A DNA stretch of 64,000 nt, taken from Candidatus Poribacteria bacterium. GTDB taxonomy: Bacteria; Poribacteria; WGA-4E; PCPOR2b. Positions 50,148 to 61,207 of the stretch are shown here, piece after piece. The notes below the pieces were generated by a model, which ran no database searches, was not told where the DNA came from, and was given only the letters and a program-made list of their open reading frames with translations. A program made the translations under genes and the position numbers. Position 1 is the stretch's first letter, and the number at the start of each line of letters is the position of its first letter. The DNA is taken from the NCBI GenBank assembly GCA_965198175.1, contig OZ240245.1, forward strand, positions 4,384,001 to 4,448,000, given 5' to 3'.

Positions 50148-51331
50148 GTTTTGTCCGTCAATGCAGCAATGCCTGGCAATTCTTTCCCCTCAAGGTATTT
50201 GAGTGATGCGCCGCCGCCGGTAGAAACGTGTGTGATTCGATCCGCGACACCCGCTTTATGCACGGCAGCGACGCAATCGCCGCCGCCGATGATGCTGAGT
50301 GCTTTCGATTTAGCAATTCGCTTGGCAATCTCGATTGTGCCTTTCGCAAATTTTTCAAACTCGTAGACCCCCAGCGGACCATTCCAAAACACAGTTTTTG
50401 CAGCATCAATAATCTTACCGAATTGCGTGATTGTTTTAGGTCCAATGTCTAATCTCAGCCATCCATCTGGAATCCCATCGCGTGAAACAACTTGAGATTC
50501 CGCATCTGCACTGAATTCCTTTGCAATAACGTGATCGTACGGCAGATGGATAGTCAGGTTTCGACTCGACGCTTTTCTTAGCAATTCCTTCGCTACATTG
50601 AGATTGTCCAATTCCACAACCGACTTCCCAATTGGCAGCCCCATAGCCTTGAGAAAGGTATTTGTCATCTTGCCGCTAATAATTAACTCATTGACCTTAC
50701 CCAACAGGTTTTCAATCATGTTAATTTTATCAGATATTTTGACTCCGCCCAGAATGGCGACGAAGGGGCAATCGGGATTTTGAAGGGTTTTGTTAAGATG
50801 TTTGATTTCTCTTTCCATTAATAACCCGGCGGCAGACCGATCAAAATATCGGGTAACACCTTCTGTCGAGGCGTGTGCGCGGTGTGCCGTGCCAAAGGCG
50901 TCGTTAACATAGATATCTGCGAGCGATGCCAGTTTTTCGGCAAACTCCAAATCGTTCGCCGTTTCCCCCTTTTGAAAGCGAACATTTTCGAGAAGCAGTG
51001 TGCCACCTTCCTGAAGTTGAGAAATGGTTGATTCTACTTCCGGCCCGACACAATCGAGGGTATGCTTGACACGTTGTCCCATCAGGCGGCTGAGATGCTC
51101 TGCAATCGGGGCGGTCGAAAGTGTGGAGTCAAAGCCGTTGGGACGCCCCAAGTGCGTTACCAAGATGATTTTCGCGCCACTAGCAATTAGTTGCAGAATC
51201 GTTGGAAGTGCAGCCCGGATGCGAGTGTCATCGGCGATCTGCGTCCCCTCCATCAGCACATTGAAGTCAACACGCACCAACACACGTTTTCCAGCCACAT
51301 CTAAATCGTGTAATCCAAGTTTTTCCCCCAC
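50138..51331 (-). CDS. pgk: Phosphoglycerate kinase (several conserved motifs altered)
   Basis: RVDFNV, HLGRP, LLENVRF, DAFGTAHRAHAS, WNGP.G, GGGD, STGGGA. Confidence 0.93.
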   Translation of the reverse strand: MGEKLGLHDLDVAGKRVLVRVDFNVLMEGTQIADDTRIRAALPTILQLIASGAKIILVTHLGRPNGFDSTLSTAPIAEHLSRLMGQRVKHTLDCVGPEVESTISQLQEGGTLLLENVRFQKGETANDLEFAEKLASLADIYVNDAFGTAHRAHASTEGVTRYFDRSAAGLLMEREIKHLNKTLQNPDCPFVAILGGVKISDKINMIENLLGKVNELIISGKMTNTFLKAMGLPIGKSVVELDNLNVAKELLRKASSRNLTIHLPYDHVIAKEFSADAESQVVSRDGIPDGWLRLDIGPKTITQFGKIIDAAKTVFWNGPLGVYEFEKFAKGTIEIAKRIAKSKALSIIGGGDCVAAVHKAGVADRITHVSTGGGASLKYLEGKELPGIAALTDKTIN

Positions 51332-51508
51332 GGTCGGGTCTCCAAATAAAAATGTTTTGCGTCGTAAGGCTGAAGCGTATCGCGTGTTGCTTACCTGTAA
51401 CTGCCTGCTTCGTTTCGGGCTTGTTTTCTACTTTTCTATCTCACTTCATTTTGGCGTGCCACATGTGTAGAGGTTGTGTTCATCCTGATTTCCGCGGCAT
51501 TCCGTTAA

Positions 51509-52750
51509 TTACATCGGTTCTACGACAGTGCCCATGAACAACATGGTCTCTGTCCTGCCGTCATATATAGCGAAAAAGAAGGGGCGGTCTACAATGAAGC
51601 TTGGCGGTGCAGACTCAACTCCCACGACAACAGTCGCCGCTGCGGCTTCAGTCCCCTCTTCGTTGACCTCCACGAAGGTTTTGTGCCGAACTTCGCTGAT
51701 GAACAGGCTCGGTCCCATGCCGCTGAAATCAGCCCCACCTCCAAAAGCGATGTCCATCCCCAATGCTTTGAGTGTGTCGTTGAGTTTCACTTCATATTCT
51801 AGTTTGAAACGGGGGAGTATCATCATACTATTGCCCCTAACCTCATGGAACTGCGACAGCCAGCTTGCCCAGTTTTCCGCGTTCAGCTGGCTCAGAAATT
51901 CGTCTAAGTTCGAGTCGCGGTTGGGTAGGAAGATATACATGCTCACATCCTCATCACCATCTCCATACGGTAGGATTGCTGCCTCAAAGTTTCCACCCCG
52001 AAAGTATGGGTATGCTCCCTCTCGGAACATCATCGGTACCCGCTTCTCATTCCCATCCGCTAGATAGAAAATGCCATCCCGTGTTTTTGACTTATCGAAT
52101 TCCTGCTGCCAACTCCCTTTGAAATAGATAGCGTTAATCAAGATAATTAGTGTCCGCGGATCAATCTGTTGAACAATTTTCTTAATTTTCCCTTTCGTGT
52201 TCGTTTCTACCCAGCCGTTAATGATTTCTGGCGTTTGCGGCTCACTAAAATTGAGAGAGGTAATTTCCGCTTCAAAATATTCCCGATTTCGGTTCAAGAA
52301 ATCAGGGTTAAAATCGACACCCTGACGTCCCCAGATCGAATTTGCGATCGAGAGTTCGACTTCTGGCTCACGGCTTTCGAGGCTTTTTCGTAATGCCGCG
52401 TTAGAACGATTGACAGCGTCCAGGTTTAAGCCTTCTATTTCTAACACTTCCGCCATGGCGTGTTGTGTTTCTCCAACCGCCCCGTTATACGTCATGGTGA
52501 GTGCAATTGAGATGCTCAATGGAGAGATGAAGATATTCGCTCCGGGTTCTCGTGCTCGGACATCCATTAGCAACTTGAAGCCAAATCTTGTGTTAGCCGA
52601 AGCAACGCTAGAAAAAGCTGGATCGCCAATGAGGTCCAATACGTCTCCGATAGTATCCGTCGGAGAATTGCCATCAGAACATCCGAGTAGACACAGTAGC
52701 ATTATGCCCGCATATCCAATAAGAATTAAGCCGCGCCAATGCCTCCTCAT
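51509..52750 (-). CDS. Serpin family lipoprotein
   Basis: lipobox LLGC; SPLSI, IN.WV...T.GKI, NAIYFKG.W, EEGTEAAAAT hinge, F.VDRPFFF, LFMG. Confidence 0.95.
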   Translation of the reverse strand: MRRHWRGLILIGYAGIMLLCLLGCSDGNSPTDTIGDVLDLIGDPAFSSVASANTRFGFKLLMDVRAREPGANIFISPLSISIALTMTYNGAVGETQHAMAEVLEIEGLNLDAVNRSNAALRKSLESREPEVELSIANSIWGRQGVDFNPDFLNRNREYFEAEITSLNFSEPQTPEIINGWVETNTKGKIKKIVQQIDPRTLIILINAIYFKGSWQQEFDKSKTRDGIFYLADGNEKRVPMMFREGAYPYFRGGNFEAAILPYGDGDEDVSMYIFLPNRDSNLDEFLSQLNAENWASWLSQFHEVRGNSMMILPRFKLEYEVKLNDTLKALGMDIAFGGGADFSGMGPSLFISEVRHKTFVEVNEEGTEAAAATVVVGVESAPPSFIVDRPFFFAIYDGRTETMLFMGTVVEPM

Positions 52751-52751
52751 T

Positions 52752-53927
52752 TCACCTCTCTTTTGCTGCGACCACCGCTTTTTGGGCGGCTTCCGTCAGC
52801 CCGTCGGCAGTTATTAGATTCAAACCGGAGTTCACAAGCAGTTGTTTCGCCAGCTCGACGTTTGTGCCCTCTAATCGCACAATCAACGGCACCTTCAGAT
52901 TGACCTGCTTGATCGCTTCAATAATTCCGTTGGCAATCATGTCACATTTCACGATACCGCCGAAGATATTGACTAGCACTGCTTTTACCTTTTCATCAGC
53001 GAGAATCAAGCGAAAGGCGTGTTCGACACCTTCTGTTGTGACACCTCCGCCCACATCAAGGAAATTCGCGGGTTCGCCTCCGTGCAGCTTAATCAGATCC
53101 ATCGTCGCCATTGCGAGCCCTGCCCCGTTGACCATACAGCCTATATTTCCATCAAGGCTGATGTAACTCAATCCCGACTGTTTGGCTTCCAACTCCCGTG
53201 AATCCTCTTCGAATGGATCACGCATTGCTTCAATATCTTCATGCCGCCACAGCGCGTTGTCATCGAAATTCAGCTTGACATCAAGTGCGAGCAGGTCCAG
53301 TCCTTTATCAGTCTTTGTGATAGCTAGCGGGTTAATCTCCGCAAGCAAACAATCGCAGTCGACGAAGGTATTGTACAAACCGATTATCAGCTCAGTTGCC
53401 TTGGAGATGAGATTTTGTGGAATATTCAAACCGTAAGCCAGTTTTCGTGCTTGGAAGGATTGTAAGCCGACTGATGGATCGATTATCTCATTGATAATTT
53501 TTTCAGGGCAAGTTGCGGCAACCGCTTCAATGTCAACTCCACCTTCTTCGCTGCCCATCAATACAAGTCGCGAACTAGCTCGATCAAGGACAATGCTAAG
53601 GTAAAGCTCCCGTTCAATCTCGCTTGCCTCGGCAACCAGGCATTTTCGAACCCGCTTTCCTCCGGACCCCGTCTGATGCGTGACCAGTTGCATACCAAGC
53701 ATCGCTTCGGCATGTTCTCGCACCGCTTCAGGACTCTTGGCGATCTTGACACCACCCCCTTTCCCGCGTCCGCCGGCGTGGATTTGGGCTTTCACAACAT
53801 ACAGCGGACAGTCCATCTGTCGAGCTATCTCCTCCGCCTGGTCGGGCGTTGACGCTACTTCTCCACGCGGGACATTGACGCCGTGGGCTTTGAGTATTTC
53901 TTTCGCTTGAAACTCGTGTACGTTCAA
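52752..53927 (-). CDS. sucC: Succinyl-CoA synthetase beta subunit
   Basis: [44 protein letters not shown]. Confidence 0.97.
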   Translation of the reverse strand: MNVHEFQAKEILKAHGVNVPRGEVASTPDQAEEIARQMDCPLYVVKAQIHAGGRGKGGGVKIAKSPEAVREHAEAMLGMQLVTHQTGSGGKRVRKCLVAEASEIERELYLSIVLDRASSRLVLMGSEEGGVDIEAVAATCPEKIINEIIDPSVGLQSFQARKLAYGLNIPQNLISKATELIIGLYNTFVDCDCLLAEINPLAITKTDKGLDLLALDVKLNFDDNALWRHEDIEAMRDPFEEDSRELEAKQSGLSYISLDGNIGCMVNGAGLAMATMDLIKLHGGEPANFLDVGGGVTTEGVEHAFRLILADEKVKAVLVNIFGGIVKCDMIANGIIEAIKQVNLKVPLIVRLEGTNVELAKQLLVNSGLNLITADGLTEAAQKAVVAAKER

Positions 53928-54065
53928 TCCGTTCCTCCAGACAAATTAGAGTTAAATGGTGAAAACACTAAACAGCAACCGTGCAATCATCGCGCAGGTT
54001 CATTGATGCCAAGTTCTTGCACGGAAGCGCATCCAATCGGGGATTTGGCTCATTGGCGGTTTGCG

Positions 54066-55073
54066 TTAATCAAATTCGCTTAATCGAACAACTCGATGTT
54101 CATCATAGGATTTTCGCGCCGCTAAAGCCATCACAATTGACGCGCGCCCGTCAACGCCTCCCACAAGTGGCTGCGTATCCTTCTCAATGGCAGCGACGAA
54201 TTCTTTCATTTCAGCTAAATAAGACACTTGGTATCGTTCTAGGAAAAAGTACAACGGCAGTGCACTGTGAATCCCCGTTGTGTCAGCATAAATATGGGTA
54301 TCGGGTGTGTTGTTTTCAATGTGTATCATGCCCGCGTCACCTAACACCTCTAGTCGTTGATCATACCCGTATACTGCCTGGTAGCTGTTATCAATCGTTC
54401 CAATTGCTCCATTGGAAAAACGCATCGTGAGAATAACCGTATCAAGATCGCCCGAATCCGCAAAGCGCGAGTGAACCAGCACGCCGCCAGTTGCATAGAT
54501 TTCGACGACCTCACTGCTCATGATGTACCGCGCCATATCAAAATCGTGAATTGATGTTTCCAAAAAAATTCCTCCCCACGAGCGCACATAATCGGGCGAT
54601 GGCGGTTCTGGATCGCGACTCGTGATGCGTAAAACATGGGGAGTTCCGACTTTGCCCGCATTTACCATTTCCCATACACGATGGAAGTTGGCGTCAAACC
54701 GTCGATTAAAGCCAATCTGTAACTTCACCCCCGTTTTTTCAACCGCTGCCAAAGCTAGGTCGATTTCTTTAAGGTCAAAGCCAATCGGTTTTTCGCAGAA
54801 AATATGTTTCTCCGCTGCTGCCGATTCTCGAATAATCCGTGGATGAGTTGGGGAGGGTGAACAAATTACTACCGCGTGAATCGTTGGATCATTTAGGATT
54901 TCGCCATAATCCGCTAATGCACTCGGAATCTGGAACCGGTCTGCTGCCTTTTCTGCCGCTTGTAAATGAGGGTCCGCCACAGCAACCACATCGGCTTTCG
55001 AAACATGATGAGTAAGATTTTCAATATGGATTCTGCTAATACGTCCGGCGCCGATGACCCCAATTCTTAACAT
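54066..55073 (-). CDS. iolG: Inositol 2-dehydrogenase-like Gfo/Idh/MocA oxidoreductase
   Basis: GAGRI, CEKP, GFNRRFD, ITSRDP, IHDFD, YGYDQR.E, FF.ERY. Confidence 0.8.
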   Translation of the reverse strand: MLRIGVIGAGRISRIHIENLTHHVSKADVVAVADPHLQAAEKAADRFQIPSALADYGEILNDPTIHAVVICSPSPTHPRIIRESAAAEKHIFCEKPIGFDLKEIDLALAAVEKTGVKLQIGFNRRFDANFHRVWEMVNAGKVGTPHVLRITSRDPEPPSPDYVRSWGGIFLETSIHDFDMARYIMSSEVVEIYATGGVLVHSRFADSGDLDTVILTMRFSNGAIGTIDNSYQAVYGYDQRLEVLGDAGMIHIENNTPDTHIYADTTGIHSALPLYFFLERYQVSYLAEMKEFVAAIEKDTQPLVGGVDGRASIVMALAARKSYDEHRVVRLSEFD

Positions 55074-55361
55074 GTAAAATCCTCACTCCTTGCGCGCTAT
55101 CTTCTGCGATTCAAAAGTATAAATCTCTCATTCAATAACCCTAGGATTTGATTATTTTCCAACCACAGACCTCTGGTAGGTCTACGCAGTTTAACAGCCA
55201 AAGCGGACAGAAGTTTTTCGAAAATAAGTCTGAATTAAGCGGGTTCTTTCGACATGAAAGTTCAGAATCCGAGAGTGGCACATGTAGCCAATGTTTATCA
55301 AGGCGGGTTTTATTCGGTGAGCCGCGTTTTGGTGTCAGTACGTCATTATGTAGCAACGCAA

Positions 55362-56327
55362 TCAGAGATTAATCTGTTTCCCTTTTGCAAATGAATCACC
55401 AGCCGTCATCGTAAGGCGGAAGGTTTGAAGCGCATCGCTATAAGGTGAGCGGATTTTGGAAGCATCTCCACTTTTAACGGCATCGATAAAGACACGATCT
55501 TCATGCAAGTACCCATTCAAATTTTCATCCGAAGTTTCTATTTCACCAGCGCGGTTGATACTGACCGAACTCCCACTTACTTCGACAGATAAATCACGGC
55601 AAAAAACCTCAAGCTTCACCCGTCCCCACCCCCGCAACATACACGCCGAAGTAATGTTTGCAACCGCACCGTTTGCAAATCGAATATTAACCACGCTTAA
55701 GTCATCAATGTCGTAGTTGGGGATATCGGTCATGCGCCCCTGTGTGGCGAATCCGTGTATGGCAATTGCTTCACTTCCGACGAGGTATCGGCAGAGATCA
55801 AAAATGTGCGTTGTCTGTTCAACGTGTTGGCCACCAGACTGCGCACGAACGCGCCACCATCCAACCTCCGGCATACCGCCCATCCAGTAGCCCAATGCCC
55901 CAACGATTTTCTCGTCTTTAAGGACAACTTGTGCTCGCTCTACATTCCCTTGGTATCGCCAATGATAACCGACACTGGTAATATTACCGCTTCTTTCGAC
56001 GGCTTCGTGTATCTCAGTCGCCTGCTCTAAATTTACGGCAATCGGCTTTTCAACAAAAAAGGGAATCTTTCTTTCACAAGCGATTTGCTCCTGTTCGCCA
56101 TGTACAAAGGGAGGTGTACAGATGTACACGGCGTCAAGTTCCTCTTTGTCGAACATCTCTTTATAGTCGGTATAAGGTTTTGCGCCATATTCCTCCGCTC
56201 TTTGCTTGGATTGCTCCTCTAAAATGTCACACATCGCAACCAGTTCAACATCCTGAAATCCAGCCAGATTTCCCAGATGGCCGCCCGCCATTTGCCCGAC
56301 GCCGATTGCGCCTACTTTAACTTGCAC
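55362..56327 (-). CDS. Gfo/Idh/MocA family oxidoreductase
   Basis: IGVG, VEKP, SGGQ..EQ..H..D. Confidence 0.9.
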   Translation of the reverse strand: MQVKVGAIGVGQMAGGHLGNLAGFQDVELVAMCDILEEQSKQRAEEYGAKPYTDYKEMFDKEELDAVYICTPPFVHGEQEQIACERKIPFFVEKPIAVNLEQATEIHEAVERSGNITSVGYHWRYQGNVERAQVVLKDEKIVGALGYWMGGMPEVGWWRVRAQSGGQHVEQTTHIFDLCRYLVGSEAIAIHGFATQGRMTDIPNYDIDDLSVVNIRFANGAVANITSACMLRGWGRVKLEVFCRDLSVEVSGSSVSINRAGEIETSDENLNGYLHEDRVFIDAVKSGDASKIRSPYSDALQTFRLTMTAGDSFAKGKQINL

Positions 56328-56331
56328 CGTT

Positions 56332-57129
56332 TTATTTCCTCCGCTGTAGCCACTGCTTCATGTACTGTGCCGATTTCGGCAACTCCACTTCACCTGGCCC
56401 AGGCACGCTGCATTCAAGCACCATGTCGTGTTGATACCCAATCTTTCGTAACGCCTTAAAACCTGATTTGAAATCGGTATGACCGTACCCTGGTGGTTCA
56501 CGAGTACTATCTGCCAAATGAACATGTTTGATGTAATCGCTGCTGACTTTGATACTGTCTGCAATATTCCGTTCCTCAATGCTCATGTGGAAGAAGTCTG
56601 CCATAATCGCAACATTCGGACTGTTGACTTGCTTGCAAATTTCAACGCCATCGGAGAGGGTTCGCATAAAATGAGTTTCATAGCGATTCAGCGGTTCAAG
56701 GAGGATTACGGATCCAACCTCTTGGGCATACCCCCCAAGATCCTTTAGGAGTTGGACAAGCAGCTCAGTTTCAAGCTGTCGCGCGGTTTTGTAAGGGCTC
56801 AAATCCTTTATTCGCGGTTCGCCAAAAGCGGGGACTACAACCAAACCAATTGCGCCGATGTTTGCAGCCGCTTTGAGTAAAGTACGAATTCCTGCAATCG
56901 TTCGTTCTCGCTCATGCGAATCGCTGTCCAATAACATGCCTGGGTACCCTGCGCAGACTGCGCTCGGTTTGACCGGATGATTTTCGGTTGCCTTTATGAT
57001 TTCATCCTGACGCTTCTCTAAGTCGCCGCCTCCAAACTCAATCACTTGATAACCATATGCTGCAAGATTGTCGAGTTTTTCGGCAAGGTCCTTTCCCGGT
57101 ACCAGTCCTTCCTGACTTCCTAATTTCAC
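56332..57129 (-). CDS. Sugar phosphate isomerase/epimerase (xylose-isomerase-like TIM barrel)
   Basis: EPLNRYE, DFFHM, HVHLADS.R..PG.G, LE. Confidence 0.88.
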   Translation of the reverse strand: MKLGSQEGLVPGKDLAEKLDNLAAYGYQVIEFGGGDLEKRQDEIIKATENHPVKPSAVCAGYPGMLLDSDSHERERTIAGIRTLLKAAANIGAIGLVVVPAFGEPRIKDLSPYKTARQLETELLVQLLKDLGGYAQEVGSVILLEPLNRYETHFMRTLSDGVEICKQVNSPNVAIMADFFHMSIEERNIADSIKVSSDYIKHVHLADSTREPPGYGHTDFKSGFKALRKIGYQHDMVLECSVPGPGEVELPKSAQYMKQWLQRRK

Positions 57130-57701
57130 TCGTTCGCCCTCCATTCGTAAAATGATAGAACAGTATCACCGTACGCTTCCTGTCTGTTCGACGCCAATCC
57201 TGTGGTCAACACTGTCGGGAGATTTAGCTCTTTACCTCTTCGATGTTCCACGACGAGTCTGCCGGATTGTGAAAGCAGTCGATTCTCAGCAACAAGTTCC
57301 AAGCAAGTGTTGTGGATATTGGCATCATAAGGTGGGTCAAAGTAAATCAGATTAAATTGTGCCTGATGTCTAGCGAGGTAGATTAGCCCTGTCTGAGCAG
57401 TCAGGTTGATGAGTTGTACCTGAGGGTGGCCACGGTGGATGCCGCACTGTTCAAGGTTGGAGGCTATTACCCGCATACAATGGTAATCGTGGTCAACGAA
57501 CGTTACGGATTTTGCTCCCCGGCTCAACGCTTCAATGCCGATGTTTCCAGTTCCTGCACACAGGTCTAGAAAATTTGCGTCGTTGATGTCGCCCCGAAGA
57601 ATACTAAATAGCGCGCCCTTAACACGGTCCGAAGTCGGTCGTACCTTTGACCCTTTTACCATTAAACGCCTTCCCTTGAATTCTCCGGCGATGATTCTCA
57701 T
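57126..57701 (-). CDS. rsmD: 16S rRNA m2G966 methyltransferase
   Basis: MRIIAG..KGR, RPT.DRV, LDL.AGTG..GIEALSRGA, DPPY, YGDT. Confidence 0.93.
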   Translation of the reverse strand: MRIIAGEFKGRRLMVKGSKVRPTSDRVKGALFSILRGDINDANFLDLCAGTGNIGIEALSRGAKSVTFVDHDYHCMRVIASNLEQCGIHRGHPQVQLINLTAQTGLIYLARHQAQFNLIYFDPPYDANIHNTCLELVAENRLLSQSGRLVVEHRRGKELNLPTVLTTGLASNRQEAYGDTVLSFYEWRANE

Positions 57702-57887
57702 TTTGAGGACCTTGATGGCGATTCTATATTTTCAACGCGGACAAATTTAGGCAGATTATACTATAGCTAACTTTACACGTCAACCCAAAATACTTGAGGT
57801 TTAACACACCCCATCCGGCATTGGAGTTTTTCGTCGACGTGGTGTTAAATGGTGATTTGTAATAATTCGCTGCTGATTACCTGAGAT

Positions 57888-58892
57888 TCAACCCCACGGT
57901 AGCGGAACACCCAAGCGCTGGCTCACTGTGCGCGCCGCCTTCTGTTCCACTTCGCCGTAGCGGATACCTTCACGCCGATGTATTTGAAGCCGCTCTTCCT
58001 CAATAGCACCGGGGAGTAGCGCACGATCTGTGCCGGGCATCGGTTCATAAGTTTCCCGCACATCACGCACGTACCTATCCACTTCCGCACGGAAAATCGC
58101 CTCGGGAACCACGGTTCCCACATGGATTGCGAGCACCATTCCTCCTAGTTGGGCATCCTGCCATTGTTTCCCAATGGTATCAGTAGTAGGAATCGTGAAG
58201 CCTGTCAAGCCGCCGCCGAGCAGGCTTGCGACAGCAACGTTGCCAATGCTCTTGAAAAATGCTGCGGGGATTTTAGAGAGGAGTTCATCAAACTCCGGAC
58301 CACGCTGGTAATCTGCTAGGATACACGTAGCTGCGTCAAGCACTAGAGATGGTTCGTCCGCTGAAGGTATGGCAAAGCAGATTGGCGGGTTGCCAATATA
58401 GCCAAGCTGGGGTTTTATTTCCTGTCCACTGGCGTTCCCGTGATCTTGATACCCCTGCACCGAGAAGCCAATACAGCCCTCCTCCATACACATGCGTGCG
58501 TAATGACCCGCCGACCCGTAGTGACCTATGTAGCGGACGAGCCCCATTCCGATGCCTACTTCCTTCGCCCTGACAATTGCCTCCTCGGTTGCGCGAATCA
58601 TCGGAAGATAACCCAGTGTTCCATCGCCATCTAAGACCACAGCGGTTGGGGTCTCGTGGAGAAGGCGAACGTCGGGCTTAGGGTTAAAATGCCCATTCTC
58701 GAAACTGCTGCAATAACCATTGACCAACTGCGTACCATGACTGCGAACGCCGCGGAGATCCGAATTAACGAGCAAGCGGCTAATCAGCGCCGCATGATTT
58801 TTATTCAGTCCTACCTTCTCAAAGCAGGCAGTGGCAAAACCAAGGAGACTGTTTTCTTGAACTCGAATGAAAGATTCTGGTGGCTGGTTCAT
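57888..58892 (-). CDS. Ldh_2 family (malate/L-lactate/sulfolactate-type) dehydrogenase
   Basis: DLRGVRSHG, LDGDG.LG, H.G..G.Y, GNPP, LPG. Confidence 0.88.
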   Translation of the reverse strand: MNQPPESFIRVQENSLLGFATACFEKVGLNKNHAALISRLLVNSDLRGVRSHGTQLVNGYCSSFENGHFNPKPDVRLLHETPTAVVLDGDGTLGYLPMIRATEEAIVRAKEVGIGMGLVRYIGHYGSAGHYARMCMEEGCIGFSVQGYQDHGNASGQEIKPQLGYIGNPPICFAIPSADEPSLVLDAATCILADYQRGPEFDELLSKIPAAFFKSIGNVAVASLLGGGLTGFTIPTTDTIGKQWQDAQLGGMVLAIHVGTVVPEAIFRAEVDRYVRDVRETYEPMPGTDRALLPGAIEEERLQIHRREGIRYGEVEQKAARTVSQRLGVPLPWG

Positions 58893-58955
58893 TGTGACCT
58901 CCTCATGAAGAAAGAGGTGCAATAAAACTTCGGGACCTTTGCATGGGTTGACACA

Positions 58956-61127
58956 TTATACAAGTTGTATCACAGCGACTTGGTGAAGAGCGACCTTGGG
59001 GACGGTGAAAGAGACGCGATTTGCCTTTTGCTCAAAGGGAAGTGCTACGCCATCTGGCTCAGCGGTGATTGCCGAAACCTTTTCATCCTCGCTTAACTTT
59101 AGTTCAATGCGGAGGTGTTCTACCGGCAATATAGGTGTTCCTTGCTGTGCGTTGACCAAGTGAACTAACAGACGCTTTGCTTCCGGTTGACGATAGCTTG
59201 TCACTAATAGCCATGACGGAGCATTCGTGACCAAAAATGGAAATTTATCGGCTATCATCGTATGGGCAAGGGTGTACAACAACGCTCGCGGCTCTTCAAC
59301 ACTGAACAGAGGATCCAATGTATGGACTTGGAATGAAACGTAGCAACATTGTCCCTCGCCATACCGATTCATCATAATAGCGGGGAAATCGGTCGAAACC
59401 CCCGGCGGACTGCCCCAACACCCCACCCACCGCTTCATATCATTTGCGCGGTTGGTATGTGGCAGTACGATGTGTCCTAGGACATCGGCTCCCGCGTTGG
59501 CTCTTACGATTGTTTGGTGGTCCACCTTCACCTCCATGTCATCGGGAATATTTGCCTGATGACACAGCTCAGGCGGAACTTTGACATAGGTCTCATTGTT
59601 CTCGGTTTCGCCTAGGTAATCTGCACCAAACACATCCGCCAAAGCGAAATTGTGTCTTCGATTACCGTCCGCATCCGCCAGCGAGGTCAACCGGCTTGCC
59701 AACAGATTTCCGCCATTTTTCACATACTGACGAACCTGTTCTACCTCTTCATCGCTCATACATATGGTCTCCGACAGAACGAGCATCGAATACTTGTCGA
59801 GGTCGTCAAGGTTTAGCTTCGTAATCGCATCAATGGCAACCTGATGATCCAAAAAGGCTCGAAAACTCTCATACAGGCCATCAGTATATATCTCAACAGC
59901 ATCAATAGTTCGGGTTTTGTCCCAGTCAATAATTGTATGTTTTGCGCCGGATTCGTAGAGGTCGTTTTTAGTGTCTTCAGAGATATAGACGGCGACCGAA
60001 CGCAGCTTTTGTCCGCCATAGAACTGCTCCATCGGACGCATGATGTCAAAGACCGGCTTAAACACACGGTAGGGGGAGGCGTATAGGGTTCCATCGGCAT
60101 TCATGACATCGATGAACATAATCGCACAATTGTGCGCCATACAAAATGCTGCCGACAACATCAGCTCATCTGATGACCGCATTCCGGTGTGCTGTCCCTC
60201 AAAGAGATGAAACCGACCTAAAGCCAGAAGCGCAGGTTGTTGACGCGTGGTGTTACTGAACAGGCTCGAAGCAAATGTGACAGACAGGTTTGACATATCA
60301 CTTTGACACGGGTCCCCATGCGTGATAGTCGCTAGTGGCATCCTGTACCAGAGGGAGGGTCGATCTGCATAGGGCCTGCCACCCTGAAATGCAGTAAGTC
60401 CATCAGGACAGTGCGATTTATAGGTATTGAGCAAATCCCGGGAAAATTCATAGAGCTTGTTATCCCGCCAGCGGGCATAGCGGCGAAATTCAGGAGATGA
60501 GCGATTAGCTGTCGCGGGTAACTCACAGCCACATTCCTCACGGTAGAGTTCTTGGCAGTATTGACAGTAGCATACCGGGATCCAAATGACCACCATATCA
60601 AACAGCATGCCATCGGGACGGTACGTTTTCGCAAAAGCGTCCACCTGAGCAAGTGCGAGATCTCTGTAGGGACTATTCATGCAGACAACCCCTGGACGAC
60701 CATACCCAATTTTGAGATCTTTTGAGTCATTTCCGTCGACGTCCCGAATGCGCCAGTCCGGATGCTGTTCGTAGAGATAGTTATCAAAGAGAATGCTCTG
60801 ATTGCCGACGACCTTAATTCCCCGTTGACGGAGCAATTCCATCAATTCCTCGAAGGCATCCCGACCCCGGAGGCCGATATGGGTGTGGTCGATGTCTGTT
60901 TGGTAGTAGGCATTTCCAGAGTGGGATTTTGCCTGAATCCACACCGCATCGGGGCCGGCAGAAGCGATTAAATCCACCCATTCTTTCGGATCAAAATCTT
61001 TGTACACGTCAGGGTGCCAATCATCAAGGATAGAACTCATGCCAATCACTTTATATGCGGTGGCATACCACGGTTTTTTATCCGTATGCGTTGCTTCTTT
61101 TTCGGCAACTGTGACTTCGTTAGCCAT
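58956..61127 (-). CDS. Putative glycoside hydrolase (GHL6/alpha-fucosidase-like TIM barrel + beta-galactosidase trimerisation-like domain)
   Basis: AKSHSG..YY.T, HPDW, C.NSPY, DG..FD, CYC..C, GG.L.A...TSL.D..G. Confidence 0.75.
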   Translation of the reverse strand: MANEVTVAEKEATHTDKKPWYATAYKVIGMSSILDDWHPDVYKDFDPKEWVDLIASAGPDAVWIQAKSHSGNAYYQTDIDHTHIGLRGRDAFEELMELLRQRGIKVVGNQSILFDNYLYEQHPDWRIRDVDGNDSKDLKIGYGRPGVVCMNSPYRDLALAQVDAFAKTYRPDGMLFDMVVIWIPVCYCQYCQELYREECGCELPATANRSSPEFRRYARWRDNKLYEFSRDLLNTYKSHCPDGLTAFQGGRPYADRPSLWYRMPLATITHGDPCQSDMSNLSVTFASSLFSNTTRQQPALLALGRFHLFEGQHTGMRSSDELMLSAAFCMAHNCAIMFIDVMNADGTLYASPYRVFKPVFDIMRPMEQFYGGQKLRSVAVYISEDTKNDLYESGAKHTIIDWDKTRTIDAVEIYTDGLYESFRAFLDHQVAIDAITKLNLDDLDKYSMLVLSETICMSDEEVEQVRQYVKNGGNLLASRLTSLADADGNRRHNFALADVFGADYLGETENNETYVKVPPELCHQANIPDDMEVKVDHQTIVRANAGADVLGHIVLPHTNRANDMKRWVGCWGSPPGVSTDFPAIMMNRYGEGQCCYVSFQVHTLDPLFSVEEPRALLYTLAHTMIADKFPFLVTNAPSWLLVTSYRQPEAKRLLVHLVNAQQGTPILPVEHLRIELKLSEDEKVSAITAEPDGVALPFEQKANRVSFTVPKVALHQVAVIQLV

Positions 61128-61207
61128 GCGTGTTAATCTCCTCATAAGGAATTCAGCCGAGAAGTTCGGCGGAGTTCCGTTCTCTGTCTTAAGCGATTAC
61201 CGTCTGA

